64,000 nucleotides of DNA, from NCBI GenBank assembly GCA_031422595.1, contig JANPMA010000299.1, positions 3,003 to 67,002 on the forward strand, in the 5' to 3' direction. Below the pieces are notes generated by a model, which ran no database searches, was not told the origin of the DNA, and saw only the letters and a program-made list of their open reading frames with translations. The position numbers were made by a program, and so were the translations under genes. The stretch is from Novosphingobium sp. GTDB taxonomy: Bacteria > Pseudomonadota > Alphaproteobacteria > Sphingomonadales > Sphingomonadaceae. This document shows, in pieces, positions 1 to 8,323 of this stretch (positions are counted from its first letter, which is position 1; the number at the start of each line of letters is the position of its first letter).

Positions 1-1
1 G

Positions 2-853
2 GTGCTGAGCCGCCCGATCAACGCCCATTTCAAGCAGCGCCGTGGCACCGCGCTGGGCCTGATGGCGGTCGGGATCTCGATCCTGGCGATCTTCGCTCCG
101 CCGCTGATCAACCTGGTGATGGAGCTGTGGAGTTGGCGCGGCGCTTTTATCGGCATGGCACTGGTTTCGGTCTTTGGCGGAATTCCGGCAGTCTTGCTGC
201 TGGTACCCGATGGCGGCCGGGCCGGCAGCGGGATCGGCGCGCCCGGTGCCTCGCCCGCGCCCGGTGATCGCCAATTCCTGCGGACCCGCGATTTCTGGTT
301 GCTGGCACTGGCGCTCATCACGATGAGCCTGGCCACGGCCGGGGCTGCCAGCCAGCTGGCACCGATGGTCCAGGATACCGGCCTTGATGCGACCACCGCC
401 GCGCTGGCGCTGTCGTTCTTTTCGGCCGGGACCTTTATCGGCCGGCTGGGCGGCGGCTGGCTGCTTGACCGGATCGAACCGCGTCTCGCCGCATTCCTGC
501 TGACCCTGCTGCCCGCACTTGGCTTTGTCGCCCTGCTGACCGCTGGCAATGTGACCCCGGCGATCATGCTGGCGGTGACGATCATCGGTATCCAGCAAGG
601 GGCAGAGATCGATATCTTCGCCTATCTCGTGGCGCGCCGGTTCGAACTGGCGCGATACGGCGCGATCTATGGTGCGCTGGTCGGGTTGGGCTGGATCGGC
701 AATGTCGGCGGGCTGTTGGGGATGGGCAAGAGCCACGACTGGTTCGGCAGCTATGCCCCGGCCCAGATGGCGGCAATCGGTTTCCTCGCGATTTCGGCGC
801 TGCTGCTGCTGGCGATCAGGCTCCCTCCATTGCAAAAGGACCAGGCTGCGTGA
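2..853 (+). CDS. MFS transporter, C-terminal part (5' end lies outside the window)
   Basis: The open frame enters from the window edge. It is a multi-TM hydrophobic protein. It shares motifs RPINAHF(K/R)..RG.ALGL, DIDIFAY..ARRF and GSYAPAQ with the next ORF, so the two are tandem paralogs. Confidence 0.8.
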   Translation: MLSRPINAHFKQRRGTALGLMAVGISILAIFAPPLINLVMELWSWRGAFIGMALVSVFGGIPAVLLLVPDGGRAGSGIGAPGASPAPGDRQFLRTRDFWLLALALITMSLATAGAASQLAPMVQDTGLDATTAALALSFFSAGTFIGRLGGGWLLDRIEPRLAAFLLTLLPALGFVALLTAGNVTPAIMLAVTIIGIQQGAEIDIFAYLVARRFELARYGAIYGALVGLGWIGNVGGLLGMGKSHDWFGSYAPAQMAAIGFLAISALLLLAIRLPPLQKDQAA

Positions 854-2076
854 GCTTGATTCCAAAGAGCGGAGAATGGACCGTCGGCTGGCGGATCGTG
901 CTGGCCTGCGCGGTTGCCAACGGCACCGGCATCTCGCTGTTGTTCTATGTCTTCTCGATGTTCCTGCTGCCGATGTCGGCGGAGCTGGGGTTGACCCGGA
1001 CCGAGACCGGGATCGTCCAGTCGCTGGTTGTCACCGCCGCACTGGGCGCGCCGCTGATCGGGCGGCTGACCGATACCCTGGGCTTTCGCCCGGTGTTCGT
1101 TTTCTGCTCGCTAGTGCTGGGGTTGACCGGGATCGTCCAGGGCACTTTGATCGATAGCGCGCTCTTGCTGGGGCTTAGCGTGGCGGCGGCGGCCTTTTTC
1201 GGGGCCGGCAATTCGTCGATCACGCTGACCCGCCCGATCAACGCGCATTTCCGCAAGCACCGCGGGCTAGCGCTGGGGCTGGTCGGGATCGGGGTTTCGA
1301 TCACCGCGATCCTGTTTCCGCCGCTGCTGCACACGATTATCGAGGACCATGGCTGGCGCGCCGGTTTCCTGACCCTGAGCGCGATCGGCCTGGGGATCGG
1401 CCTGCCGCTGACCCTGCTGCTGCTGCCGCGTACTGCCGCCAGCGCGCCGATCGAGCGGCACCTGGCCATGGCCGGGGTCGACTGGTCATTCCTCAGGAGC
1501 CGGGATTTCCTGCTGCTGGCGGGGGCCAACATGCTGATCAATGTCGCGACCAGCGGGGCGATCAGCCAGATGTCGCCGATGATCCAGGAACGCGGGATCG
1601 GTGCGGGGATCGCCGCGCTGGCGCTCTCGGCATTCGCAGCGGGGCAGTTCGTGGGCAAGCTGGCGGGCGGCTGGCTGCTCGACCGGTTCGAACCACGCCT
1701 GGTCGCCCCGCTGATGATTGTGGTCCCGGCCAGCGGCTTCCTGCTCTTGCTGCTGGGCGGGCAAATGGCCTGGGTCGCGGTGCTGGCGGCCGGACTGATC
1801 GGTCTGCTGCAAGGGGCCGACATCGATATCTTCGCCTATATGACCGCGCGGCGTTTCGGGCTCGACAATTACGGGACGATTTTCGGCTCGCTGCACACCG
1901 TCGGCTGGATCGGCACGGTCAGCGGAATCCTGATCTTCTCGTCCAGTTTCGACCGGCTGGGCAGCTATGCCCCGGCCCAGGTTCTGGCGCTGGTCATCCT
2001 CGTGCTGGGATCGGCGCTGTTCTGGCCGCTCAGGCTCGCCCCAGAGGCTAAGACGAGCGAAGCCGATCCGCACTAG
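850..2076 (+). CDS. MFS transporter, paralog of the upstream gene
   Basis: 408-aa ORF whose GTG start overlaps the upstream stop (GTGA). Hydrophobicity shows a 6+6 TM pattern. The loop motif GRLTDTLGFRP is typical of the MFS TM2-TM3 loop. Confidence 0.85.
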   Translation: MSLIPKSGEWTVGWRIVLACAVANGTGISLLFYVFSMFLLPMSAELGLTRTETGIVQSLVVTAALGAPLIGRLTDTLGFRPVFVFCSLVLGLTGIVQGTLIDSALLLGLSVAAAAFFGAGNSSITLTRPINAHFRKHRGLALGLVGIGVSITAILFPPLLHTIIEDHGWRAGFLTLSAIGLGIGLPLTLLLLPRTAASAPIERHLAMAGVDWSFLRSRDFLLLAGANMLINVATSGAISQMSPMIQERGIGAGIAALALSAFAAGQFVGKLAGGWLLDRFEPRLVAPLMIVVPASGFLLLLLGGQMAWVAVLAAGLIGLLQGADIDIFAYMTARRFGLDNYGTIFGSLHTVGWIGTVSGILIFSSSFDRLGSYAPAQVLALVILVLGSALFWPLRLAPEAKTSEADPH

Positions 2077-2680
2077 CCGCGGCCACCCGATGGGCGCGCA
2101 TTTCGTCCACCCCCAGCCCGCATAGCCCCAGCACCAGCATGTCCTGCAGCCGCCGGGCCGCATCCTCGCGGTCGGGCCGGCGCTCGATCACGTTGAGCAT
2201 CGCCACGTGGCACAGCCCCAGCCAGAACCGCACCCCGCTGCCTGCCGCTTCGCTCCGGGCCAGGCCCGCTGCGGCCAGGGCCTGGATATCGGCACGGATC
2301 CCGCGGTTGAGCTCGTGGTCGATCCCGGTCGCCTCTTGCAGTCCGCGCAGCATGATGACCGCGCGTAGGCGGTCCTCCAGCGCGAATTCGATGGCCACCC
2401 GCATGCCCCCGGCCAGCCGCATCACCGGATCGTCAACCCCGGCATTGGCCGTGCCAACCCGCGCTTCAAGCGCGGAACGGACGTGCTGCGCCACGGCCAT
2501 GGCAAAGCCGGGCTTGTCATCGAAATGGTTGAAGAAGCTGCCCTTGGCCACGCGCGCGCGGGCGACCAGCTCGTCGATCGAAATCGCGTCGATCGGCCGG
2601 GCCGCCAGCAGCTCAAGCCCGGCGGCCAAGAGGGCGCTGCGGGTGCGTGCGGCGCGGGGGTGCAGGGCGGCGGTTGCCAC
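2048..2680 (-). CDS. TetR/AcrR family transcriptional regulator
   Basis: N-terminal HTH signature SIDELVARARVAKGSFFNHFDDKPGF. I chose the GTG at 2680 because AGAGGAG lies 8 nt upstream; the ORF-track TTG start at 2710 falls inside the operator palindrome. The gene is divergent from the dioxygenase operon. Confidence 0.85.
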   Translation of the reverse strand: MATAALHPRAARTRSALLAAGLELLAARPIDAISIDELVARARVAKGSFFNHFDDKPGFAMAVAQHVRSALEARVGTANAGVDDPVMRLAGGMRVAIEFALEDRLRAVIMLRGLQEATGIDHELNRGIRADIQALAAAGLARSEAAGSGVRFWLGLCHVAMLNVIERRPDREDAARRLQDMLVLGLCGLGVDEMRAHRVAAASADRLRSS

Positions 2681-2694
2681 GGGCGGAACTCCTC

Positions 2695-2736
2695 TTGACT
2701 GTTTGGTCAACTACACGTATTTGACCAAACAGTCAA
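2695..2736. promoter_or_regulatory. Putative TetR operator: perfect 16-bp inverted repeat separated by 10 bp
   Basis: ttgactgtttggtcaa (2695-2710) and ttgaccaaacagtcaa (2721-2736) are exact reverse complements. Each arm is itself TTGAC-N6-GTCAA. The site lies in the divergent intergenic region between the TetR gene and the dioxygenase gene. Confidence 0.6.
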
Positions 2737-2777
2737 CTGCGAATCGCAGGCAGATTGCCGATCAGGGAGAAGCGCCA

Positions 2778-3797
2778 GTGAGCACGATCCGCGTCGAAGA
2801 TATTGCCCATGTCCGTTATTCCGCGCCCGATCTGGGGGTGATGCGCGCCTTTCTGGATGACTTCGGGATGACCTGCTTTGAGGCTGGCGGGCGGCTCTAT
2901 GCCAAAGGCAGCGATGGCCGCGCCTTCCTGCATGTGACCGAGCCGGGCGAGGCGAAGTTCCTCGCGGTGGGGTTTCGGGCCGAAACGCTCGAAGACCTCG
3001 AAAGGCTCGCCGCCGCAGAAGGGCTGCAGGTGGAAGACAGCACCGAACCCGGCGGCGGCAAGGTGGTGCGGCTGACCGATCCCGACGGTTACGCGGTTGA
3101 GATTGTCGCGGGCCAGGCCAAGGGCCAGACCGAGCCGCTGCTGGCCGACCAGCCGTTCAACAGCGCTGCTGCCAAGCCGCGTTTCCGCCAGACCGTGCGG
3201 CTTGACCCCGCCCCGGCACACGTCAAGCGGATCGGCCACGCGGTGCTCAAGGTCCGCGACTTTCGCAGATCCGAAAAGTGGTACAAGGACCGCTTCGGCT
3301 TCCTCACCTCGGATGAGGTTGAAGCCGCCAAAAATGTGCCCTTGGGCGCCTTCATGCGCTGCGACCGGGGTGACAAGCCGGCCGATCACCACAGCCTGTT
3401 CCTCGCGCAGCTTCCCGGTGAGCTCGGCATCCTCCATGCCGCTTTCGAAGTGTCGAACCTCGACGATCTGATGCTGGGCCACCAGCACCTCAAGGCCAGG
3501 AAGCGCGAGCCCGCCTGGGGCGTGGGCCGCCACATCATGGGCAGCCAGGTGTTCGATTACTGGAAAGACCCGTTCGGCAACGAGCTGGAGCATTGGACCG
3601 ACGGTGATCTGTTCACCGCCAAGGACCCGCCGCAGAAACAGCCGATGAGCGCGCTGCTGGCGGTGCAATGGGGCAGCCCGCACCCGATGCTTGCCGGAAA
3701 AATGCCGCCCCCGCCCGGCCTGATCGCATTCGTCACCGCTCTCAACCTGCGCATCAAGCGCCTGTTCCGTCGCAATCCCGAGGAGTCCGCCGCATGA
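2778..3797 (+). CDS. Two-domain VOC-superfamily extradiol ring-cleavage dioxygenase-like protein
   Basis: GTG at 2778 is preceded by AGGGAGA. There are two glyoxalase/dioxygenase modules (IAHVRYSAPDLGVMRAFLDDFGM and IGHAVLKVRDFRRSEKWYKDRFGF). The longer 552-aa ORF extension is antisense to the TetR gene and is rejected. Confidence 0.75.
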   Translation: MSTIRVEDIAHVRYSAPDLGVMRAFLDDFGMTCFEAGGRLYAKGSDGRAFLHVTEPGEAKFLAVGFRAETLEDLERLAAAEGLQVEDSTEPGGGKVVRLTDPDGYAVEIVAGQAKGQTEPLLADQPFNSAAAKPRFRQTVRLDPAPAHVKRIGHAVLKVRDFRRSEKWYKDRFGFLTSDEVEAAKNVPLGAFMRCDRGDKPADHHSLFLAQLPGELGILHAAFEVSNLDDLMLGHQHLKARKREPAWGVGRHIMGSQVFDYWKDPFGNELEHWTDGDLFTAKDPPQKQPMSALLAVQWGSPHPMLAGKMPPPPGLIAFVTALNLRIKRLFRRNPEESAA

Positions 3798-4633
3798 AAC
3801 TCTGCACCTATACCGCCCAGGGCCAGGCCCGCACCGGCATCGTCGTTGGCGATGCGGTGATCGATAGTGGCGTGCCCGGCACGATGATCGACCTGATCCG
3901 CCAGTGGGAAGAACTCAAGCCGCAGCTTGAGGCCATGGCGGCGGCGGGCGGCGGGATGCCGCTCAGTTCGGTCAAACTCGAATCCCCGGTCCAGCGCCCC
4001 GGCAAGGTGTTCGCGATCGGGCTCAACTACGCCGATCATATCGAGGAATCGAAGATGGGCACGCCCGAGCGCCAGGTCTGGTTCACCAAGGCCCAGACCA
4101 GCGTCAATGGTCCCTATGATGAGATCGAAATCGCCAAAGGCACGATGACTACCGACTACGAAGTCGAGCTGGTCGCGGTGATCGGCAAGGGCGGCAAGCA
4201 TGTCTCCGCCGCCGACGCCCCTACCGCGGTGTTTGGCTACTGTGTCGGCAACGACGTGACCGAGCGGATGTGGCAGCACGCCACCCCGCAGTGGTCGCTG
4301 GGCAAGAGCTTTGACACCCACGCCCCGATGGGCCCGTGGATCGTCACCGCCGACGAACTGGGCGACCCGCACGGGCGCGGGATCCGCTGCTATGTGAATG
4401 GCGAGAAGCGGCAGGATTCCAATACCAGCAAGCTGGTCTTCAACCTGTGGCAACAGGTCGAGCATCTCTCGACCGGAATGACGCTTGAGCCGGGCGACTG
4501 CCTGTTTACCGGCACCCCCGGCGGGATCGGCGCGGCAATGGACCCGCGCCAGTTCCTGAAAGCGGGCGATGTGGTGCGCTGCGAGATCGACGGCCTCGGC
4601 CACATCGAAGGCACCATGGTAGCGGAGGACTGA
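3794..4633 (+). CDS. Fumarylacetoacetate hydrolase (FAH) family protein
   Basis: ATG overlaps the upstream stop (ATGA). Motifs present: KVFAIGLNYADH, DYEVELVAVIGK and FTGTPGGIG. Confidence 0.85.
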   Translation: MKLCTYTAQGQARTGIVVGDAVIDSGVPGTMIDLIRQWEELKPQLEAMAAAGGGMPLSSVKLESPVQRPGKVFAIGLNYADHIEESKMGTPERQVWFTKAQTSVNGPYDEIEIAKGTMTTDYEVELVAVIGKGGKHVSAADAPTAVFGYCVGNDVTERMWQHATPQWSLGKSFDTHAPMGPWIVTADELGDPHGRGIRCYVNGEKRQDSNTSKLVFNLWQQVEHLSTGMTLEPGDCLFTGTPGGIGAAMDPRQFLKAGDVVRCEIDGLGHIEGTMVAED

Positions 4634-4637
4634 GCCG

Positions 4638-6077
4638 GTGGATTACGACTGCGACGTGCTGATTGCCGGCGGCGGGCCGGCGGGCGTGACCCTGGCGGTG
4701 CTGCTCGCGCGGCGCGGGGTGCGGGTGATCGTGGCCGAGAAGGAGGCCGAGATCTATCCGCTGCCGCGCGCCGCGCATATTGATCACGAAGGGATGAGGA
4801 TCCTGCAGGAAGCCGGGGTTGCCGATGCGGTGATGGCCACCAGCCGCCGCGCCAGCCGCTATGACTTCCTGAGCGCCAAAGGCGAGGTGCTGCTGCGCTT
4901 CGAAGGATCGGACCGGATTGGCCCGGGCGGCTGGCCCGGTGCCAACATGATCCACCAGCCCAGCGTTGAGGCCGAGCTGCGCAAGGTGCTGGCGGGCTTG
5001 CCTGGAGCCGAACTGCACAGTGGCTGGGAGCTGACTTCGTTCGAGGACGATGGAGCTGGCGTGACAGCCCGGATCGCGACGCCCGAAGGCGAAAAAACCC
5101 TGCGCGCGCGCTACCTGGTCGGCGCCGACGGCGCGCGCAGCCCGGTGCGCGAGGCAGCGGGAATTGTCTTCGACGACCTCAATTTCGAGGAACCCTGGCT
5201 GGTGGTCGACGTACTGGTCGACGACTATGCGAAGCTGCCGACCGAGAACCTCCAGATCTGCGATCCAGCGCGCCCGACCACTTGCGTGCTGATGGGCGAA
5301 GGGCGGCACCGCTGGGAGTTCATGATCCTGCCCGGCGAGAGCGCTGAACAGGTCAGCCAGGACGCCTTCATCGAAAAGCTGCTTGCGCCATGGAATGTCA
5401 AAGGCGCGGTGCGGATCGAGCGCAAGGCGGTCTACACCTTCCGCGCCCGGATCGCGGCTGAGTGGCGCAAGGGCCGGGTGCTGCTGGCCGGCGACGCCGC
5501 GCATCAGACCCCGCCGTTTGCCGGACAGGGGATGTGCTCGGGCCTGCGCGATGCGGCCAACCTCGCCTGGAAGCTGGCCGCGGTGATCCAGGGCAATGCA
5601 CCCGACAGCCTGCTCGACAGCTACCAGCTGGAGCGCGAACCCAACCTGCGCGCGACGATCCAGATGGCGATCATGATGGGCCAGACCGTCTGCATCACCG
5701 ATCCTGAGGCCGCCGCAGCGCGCGACGCACAGATGCTGGCGGCGCGCGCGGCTGGTCATTCGCCTGACGGCAATATCGAATACCCGCCGATCATGGCCGG
5801 GGCGATCCTGGTGGGCAGCGCCAGCGCGGGATCCTATTTCCCGCAGCCGGTCGCAGCCGACGGGGCGCGGCTCGATGACGTACTGGGACTGGGCCACTGG
5901 TTGATTGAGCGGGCCGACCTCGGCACTGCACGCCTGGCTCCTTCCGCGGACCAGATTGCGGGCTGGCTTGGCAAGTTCACGGCTGAGGCAGTGTTGGTCC
6001 GGGCCGACCGCTATGTGTTCGGGACCGCAAGCGCGGCGGAGCTGGAGAGCGCATGGGCAGCCCTTCGCGCCGCCTAG
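4638..6077 (+). CDS. FAD-dependent aromatic monooxygenase (MhpA / 3-hydroxyphenylpropionate hydroxylase-like)
   Basis: GXGXXG motif in DVLIAGGGPAGVTLAVLLARRG, followed by VGADGARSPVR and GDAAHQTPPFAGQGMCSGLRDA, which are group A flavin monooxygenase fingerprints. Confidence 0.85.
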   Translation: MDYDCDVLIAGGGPAGVTLAVLLARRGVRVIVAEKEAEIYPLPRAAHIDHEGMRILQEAGVADAVMATSRRASRYDFLSAKGEVLLRFEGSDRIGPGGWPGANMIHQPSVEAELRKVLAGLPGAELHSGWELTSFEDDGAGVTARIATPEGEKTLRARYLVGADGARSPVREAAGIVFDDLNFEEPWLVVDVLVDDYAKLPTENLQICDPARPTTCVLMGEGRHRWEFMILPGESAEQVSQDAFIEKLLAPWNVKGAVRIERKAVYTFRARIAAEWRKGRVLLAGDAAHQTPPFAGQGMCSGLRDAANLAWKLAAVIQGNAPDSLLDSYQLEREPNLRATIQMAIMMGQTVCITDPEAAAARDAQMLAARAAGHSPDGNIEYPPIMAGAILVGSASAGSYFPQPVAADGARLDDVLGLGHWLIERADLGTARLAPSADQIAGWLGKFTAEAVLVRADRYVFGTASAAELESAWAALRAA

Positions 6078-6109
6078 CCACCGTCGCCTTGGACGGCTAG
6101 GCTGGGGTC

Positions 6110-7255
6110 ATGACCGGCCAACCGCCCAGGACCACCATTTTCGAATACATGTCGGGCCTCGCGCGCGCGCTTGGCGCGATCAACCTGGGCCAGGGTTTTC
6201 CCGAAATGGAGGAGCCGCCCGAGCTGATCGCGGCGGCGCAGCGCGCGCTGGCGGATCGGTCCAACCAGTATCCACCGATGCGCGGGCTGCCCGAATTGCG
6301 CGGCGCGATCCGCGACTACTACGCGCGCACCCAGCAGCTCGAGCTGCCCGATCAAAGCGTGGTCGTGACCTCGGGCGGAACCGAGGCGCTGGCCGCCAGC
6401 CTGTTCGCGCTGGTCCGGCCGGGCGACGAGGTGGTGCTGGTCCAGCCGCTTTACGATGCCTACCTGCCGCTGGTCGAATGGGCCGGCGGAACGGCGAAAT
6501 TCATCAGCCTGTCCCCGCCCGACTGGGCCTTTCCGCTCGATGCCCTGAAGGCAGCGATCGGGCCGAAGACGCGCGGAATCGTGCTCAACACTCCCAACAA
6601 TCCGGTCGGCACCATGCTCGACCGGGCCACGCTGGAAGCGATCGGTGATCTGGCCCAGCGGCATGACTTGTGGGTGCTGTGCGACGAGGTCTGGGAAGGC
6701 ATGGTCTTCGATGGCACGCCCCACTTCTCGCCGCTGGCGGTGCCTTCGCTGGCCGAGCGGTCAATCAAGGTCGGCTCGGCCGGCAAGATCTTCTCGATGA
6801 CCGGCTGGAAAGTCGGCTGGGCGGTGGCCGCGCCCGCGCTGGCCGCGCGGATTGCCGCGCGCCACCAGTTTCTGACCTTCACTACCGCCACCCCGCTGCA
6901 ATGGGCCGTGGCCGAGGCTTTCGGCCTGCCCGATGGCTGGCACGCCGCGCACCGCGCCCGCTATGCCGCGGCCAAGGCGCGGTTGGTCGGCGGACTGGAA
7001 TCAGCCGGCTTTGCAGTGCTCCCGGCCAGCGGAACCTGGTTCGTCACCATCGATCTCGCCGCCTCGGGCTTGCCGGCCGACGATGTCGCGGTCAGCGAAA
7101 GGCTGGTCCGCGAAGCCGGCGTGGCCTCGATCCCGGTTTCGGCCTTCTACGCCGAGGCCCCCGAACGCGGATACCTGAGGCTGTGCTTCACCAAGCAAAC
7201 AGGGGTGCTCGATCAAGCGCTTGAACGGCTGGCCCAATACCGCGCTGTCAGTTGA
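6110..7255 (+). CDS. PLP-dependent aminotransferase, class I/II (YbdL / kynurenine aminotransferase-like)
   Basis: 381 aa. Contains NLGQGFPE, NTPNNPVG and the PLP-lysine region SAGKIFSMTGWKVGW. Confidence 0.85.
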   Translation: MTGQPPRTTIFEYMSGLARALGAINLGQGFPEMEEPPELIAAAQRALADRSNQYPPMRGLPELRGAIRDYYARTQQLELPDQSVVVTSGGTEALAASLFALVRPGDEVVLVQPLYDAYLPLVEWAGGTAKFISLSPPDWAFPLDALKAAIGPKTRGIVLNTPNNPVGTMLDRATLEAIGDLAQRHDLWVLCDEVWEGMVFDGTPHFSPLAVPSLAERSIKVGSAGKIFSMTGWKVGWAVAAPALAARIAARHQFLTFTTATPLQWAVAEAFGLPDGWHAAHRARYAAAKARLVGGLESAGFAVLPASGTWFVTIDLAASGLPADDVAVSERLVREAGVASIPVSAFYAEAPERGYLRLCFTKQTGVLDQALERLAQYRAVS

Positions 7256-7329
7256 TTGCTTGCATTTGTGTCTGCGGCAAGGAATGATCGCTGCCGGGGC
7301 GCAAAGCGAAGACAGCAACGGGGGAAGCA

Positions 7330-8256
7330 ATGAACAACAGCACCGGCAAACCAGCCGCGCGCATTCCCAATTCGGTCTGGATCATTGTACTGGTGCTGAT
7401 CGCCGGGGTGTTTTACGCCGGGATCGCAAGCGGCGGATTCAACTATCCGATCCAACGCATGCCCTGGTCGATTCTCGTACCAGCGATGGCGGCGTTCTGC
7501 TTTGTCCATTCGGTAGTGATGCTGGGGCTCAAACGCGCCGTACTGCTGTTGGTGCTGTGTTCGGGGCTGGCCTTCGCATCGGAATATATCGGCGAGAGCA
7601 CCGGCGCGATCTTTGGGCCCTATTTCTATACCGACGTGCTGGGCACGAAGATTCTGGGGCGGATCCCTGTGCTGATCCCGTTTGCCTGGTACATGATGTT
7701 CTACCCCAGCTATGTCGTGACCAACCTGCTGGCCGAAGGTCACCCGGTTGCGCAAGGCAAGGGTACGGCGTGGATCGTGTGGATCAGCGCGCTCAGCGCA
7801 CTGGTGATGACCGCATGGGACCTGACCATGGACCCGATCATGAGCTTCAACCCGTGCGCCACCGGCACGACAGGCTGTCTTCCCCCGGTTCTCGATGAGG
7901 CAGTGGTGGGTCACCCGGCCTGGGTCTGGACCACCGGCGGAGCCTATTTCGGCGTGCCCTACAGCAACTATCGCGGCTGGCTGTTGACCGCCTTCGTGGT
8001 GTTCCTGCTCTATCGGCTGCTCGAACGGCGCCTGATCCACGCGCCCTGGCCGGGCGGGCTGTCCAAGGTGCTCGTGGTGCTGCCGGTGCTGGCCTACGGA
8101 TCGATGGCCTTTATCGATGCCTGGCTGGGCAATCCCAAGGTCGAGAACGTCCACCTGATCGCGCCGTTCGCAATGGGCATTCCGTTCCTGTTCGCGGCCT
8201 TCACGCTGTTCGCCCGCAGCCCCGGCCTCCCTTTCTGGCCACATCGCGAAACATAG
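7330..8256 (+). CDS. Polytopic membrane protein, carotenoid biosynthesis protein family (DUF422 / CruF-like)
   Basis: 308 aa with about 7 TM helices. The motif SEYIGESTGAIFGPYFYTDVLG resembles the E..G..TG.PFG.Y.Y signature as I recall it for this family. Confidence 0.6.
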   Translation: MNNSTGKPAARIPNSVWIIVLVLIAGVFYAGIASGGFNYPIQRMPWSILVPAMAAFCFVHSVVMLGLKRAVLLLVLCSGLAFASEYIGESTGAIFGPYFYTDVLGTKILGRIPVLIPFAWYMMFYPSYVVTNLLAEGHPVAQGKGTAWIVWISALSALVMTAWDLTMDPIMSFNPCATGTTGCLPPVLDEAVVGHPAWVWTTGGAYFGVPYSNYRGWLLTAFVVFLLYRLLERRLIHAPWPGGLSKVLVVLPVLAYGSMAFIDAWLGNPKVENVHLIAPFAMGIPFLFAAFTLFARSPGLPFWPHRET

Positions 8257-8323
8257 CATCGCAAGTGGCCATTTGTTGACGTGTGGGGTCGCAACCACGG
8301 GTTCTAAAGTGAAGGAAGCGGCT

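Noticed and set aside
2139-2777. The N-terminal 213 residues of the 552-aa ORF 2139-3797.
   Set aside because: This stretch is antisense to the TetR gene and has shadow-ORF composition. A GTG with an SD at 2778 begins the recognisable dioxygenase sequence, and the operator palindromes lie inside the supposed extension.
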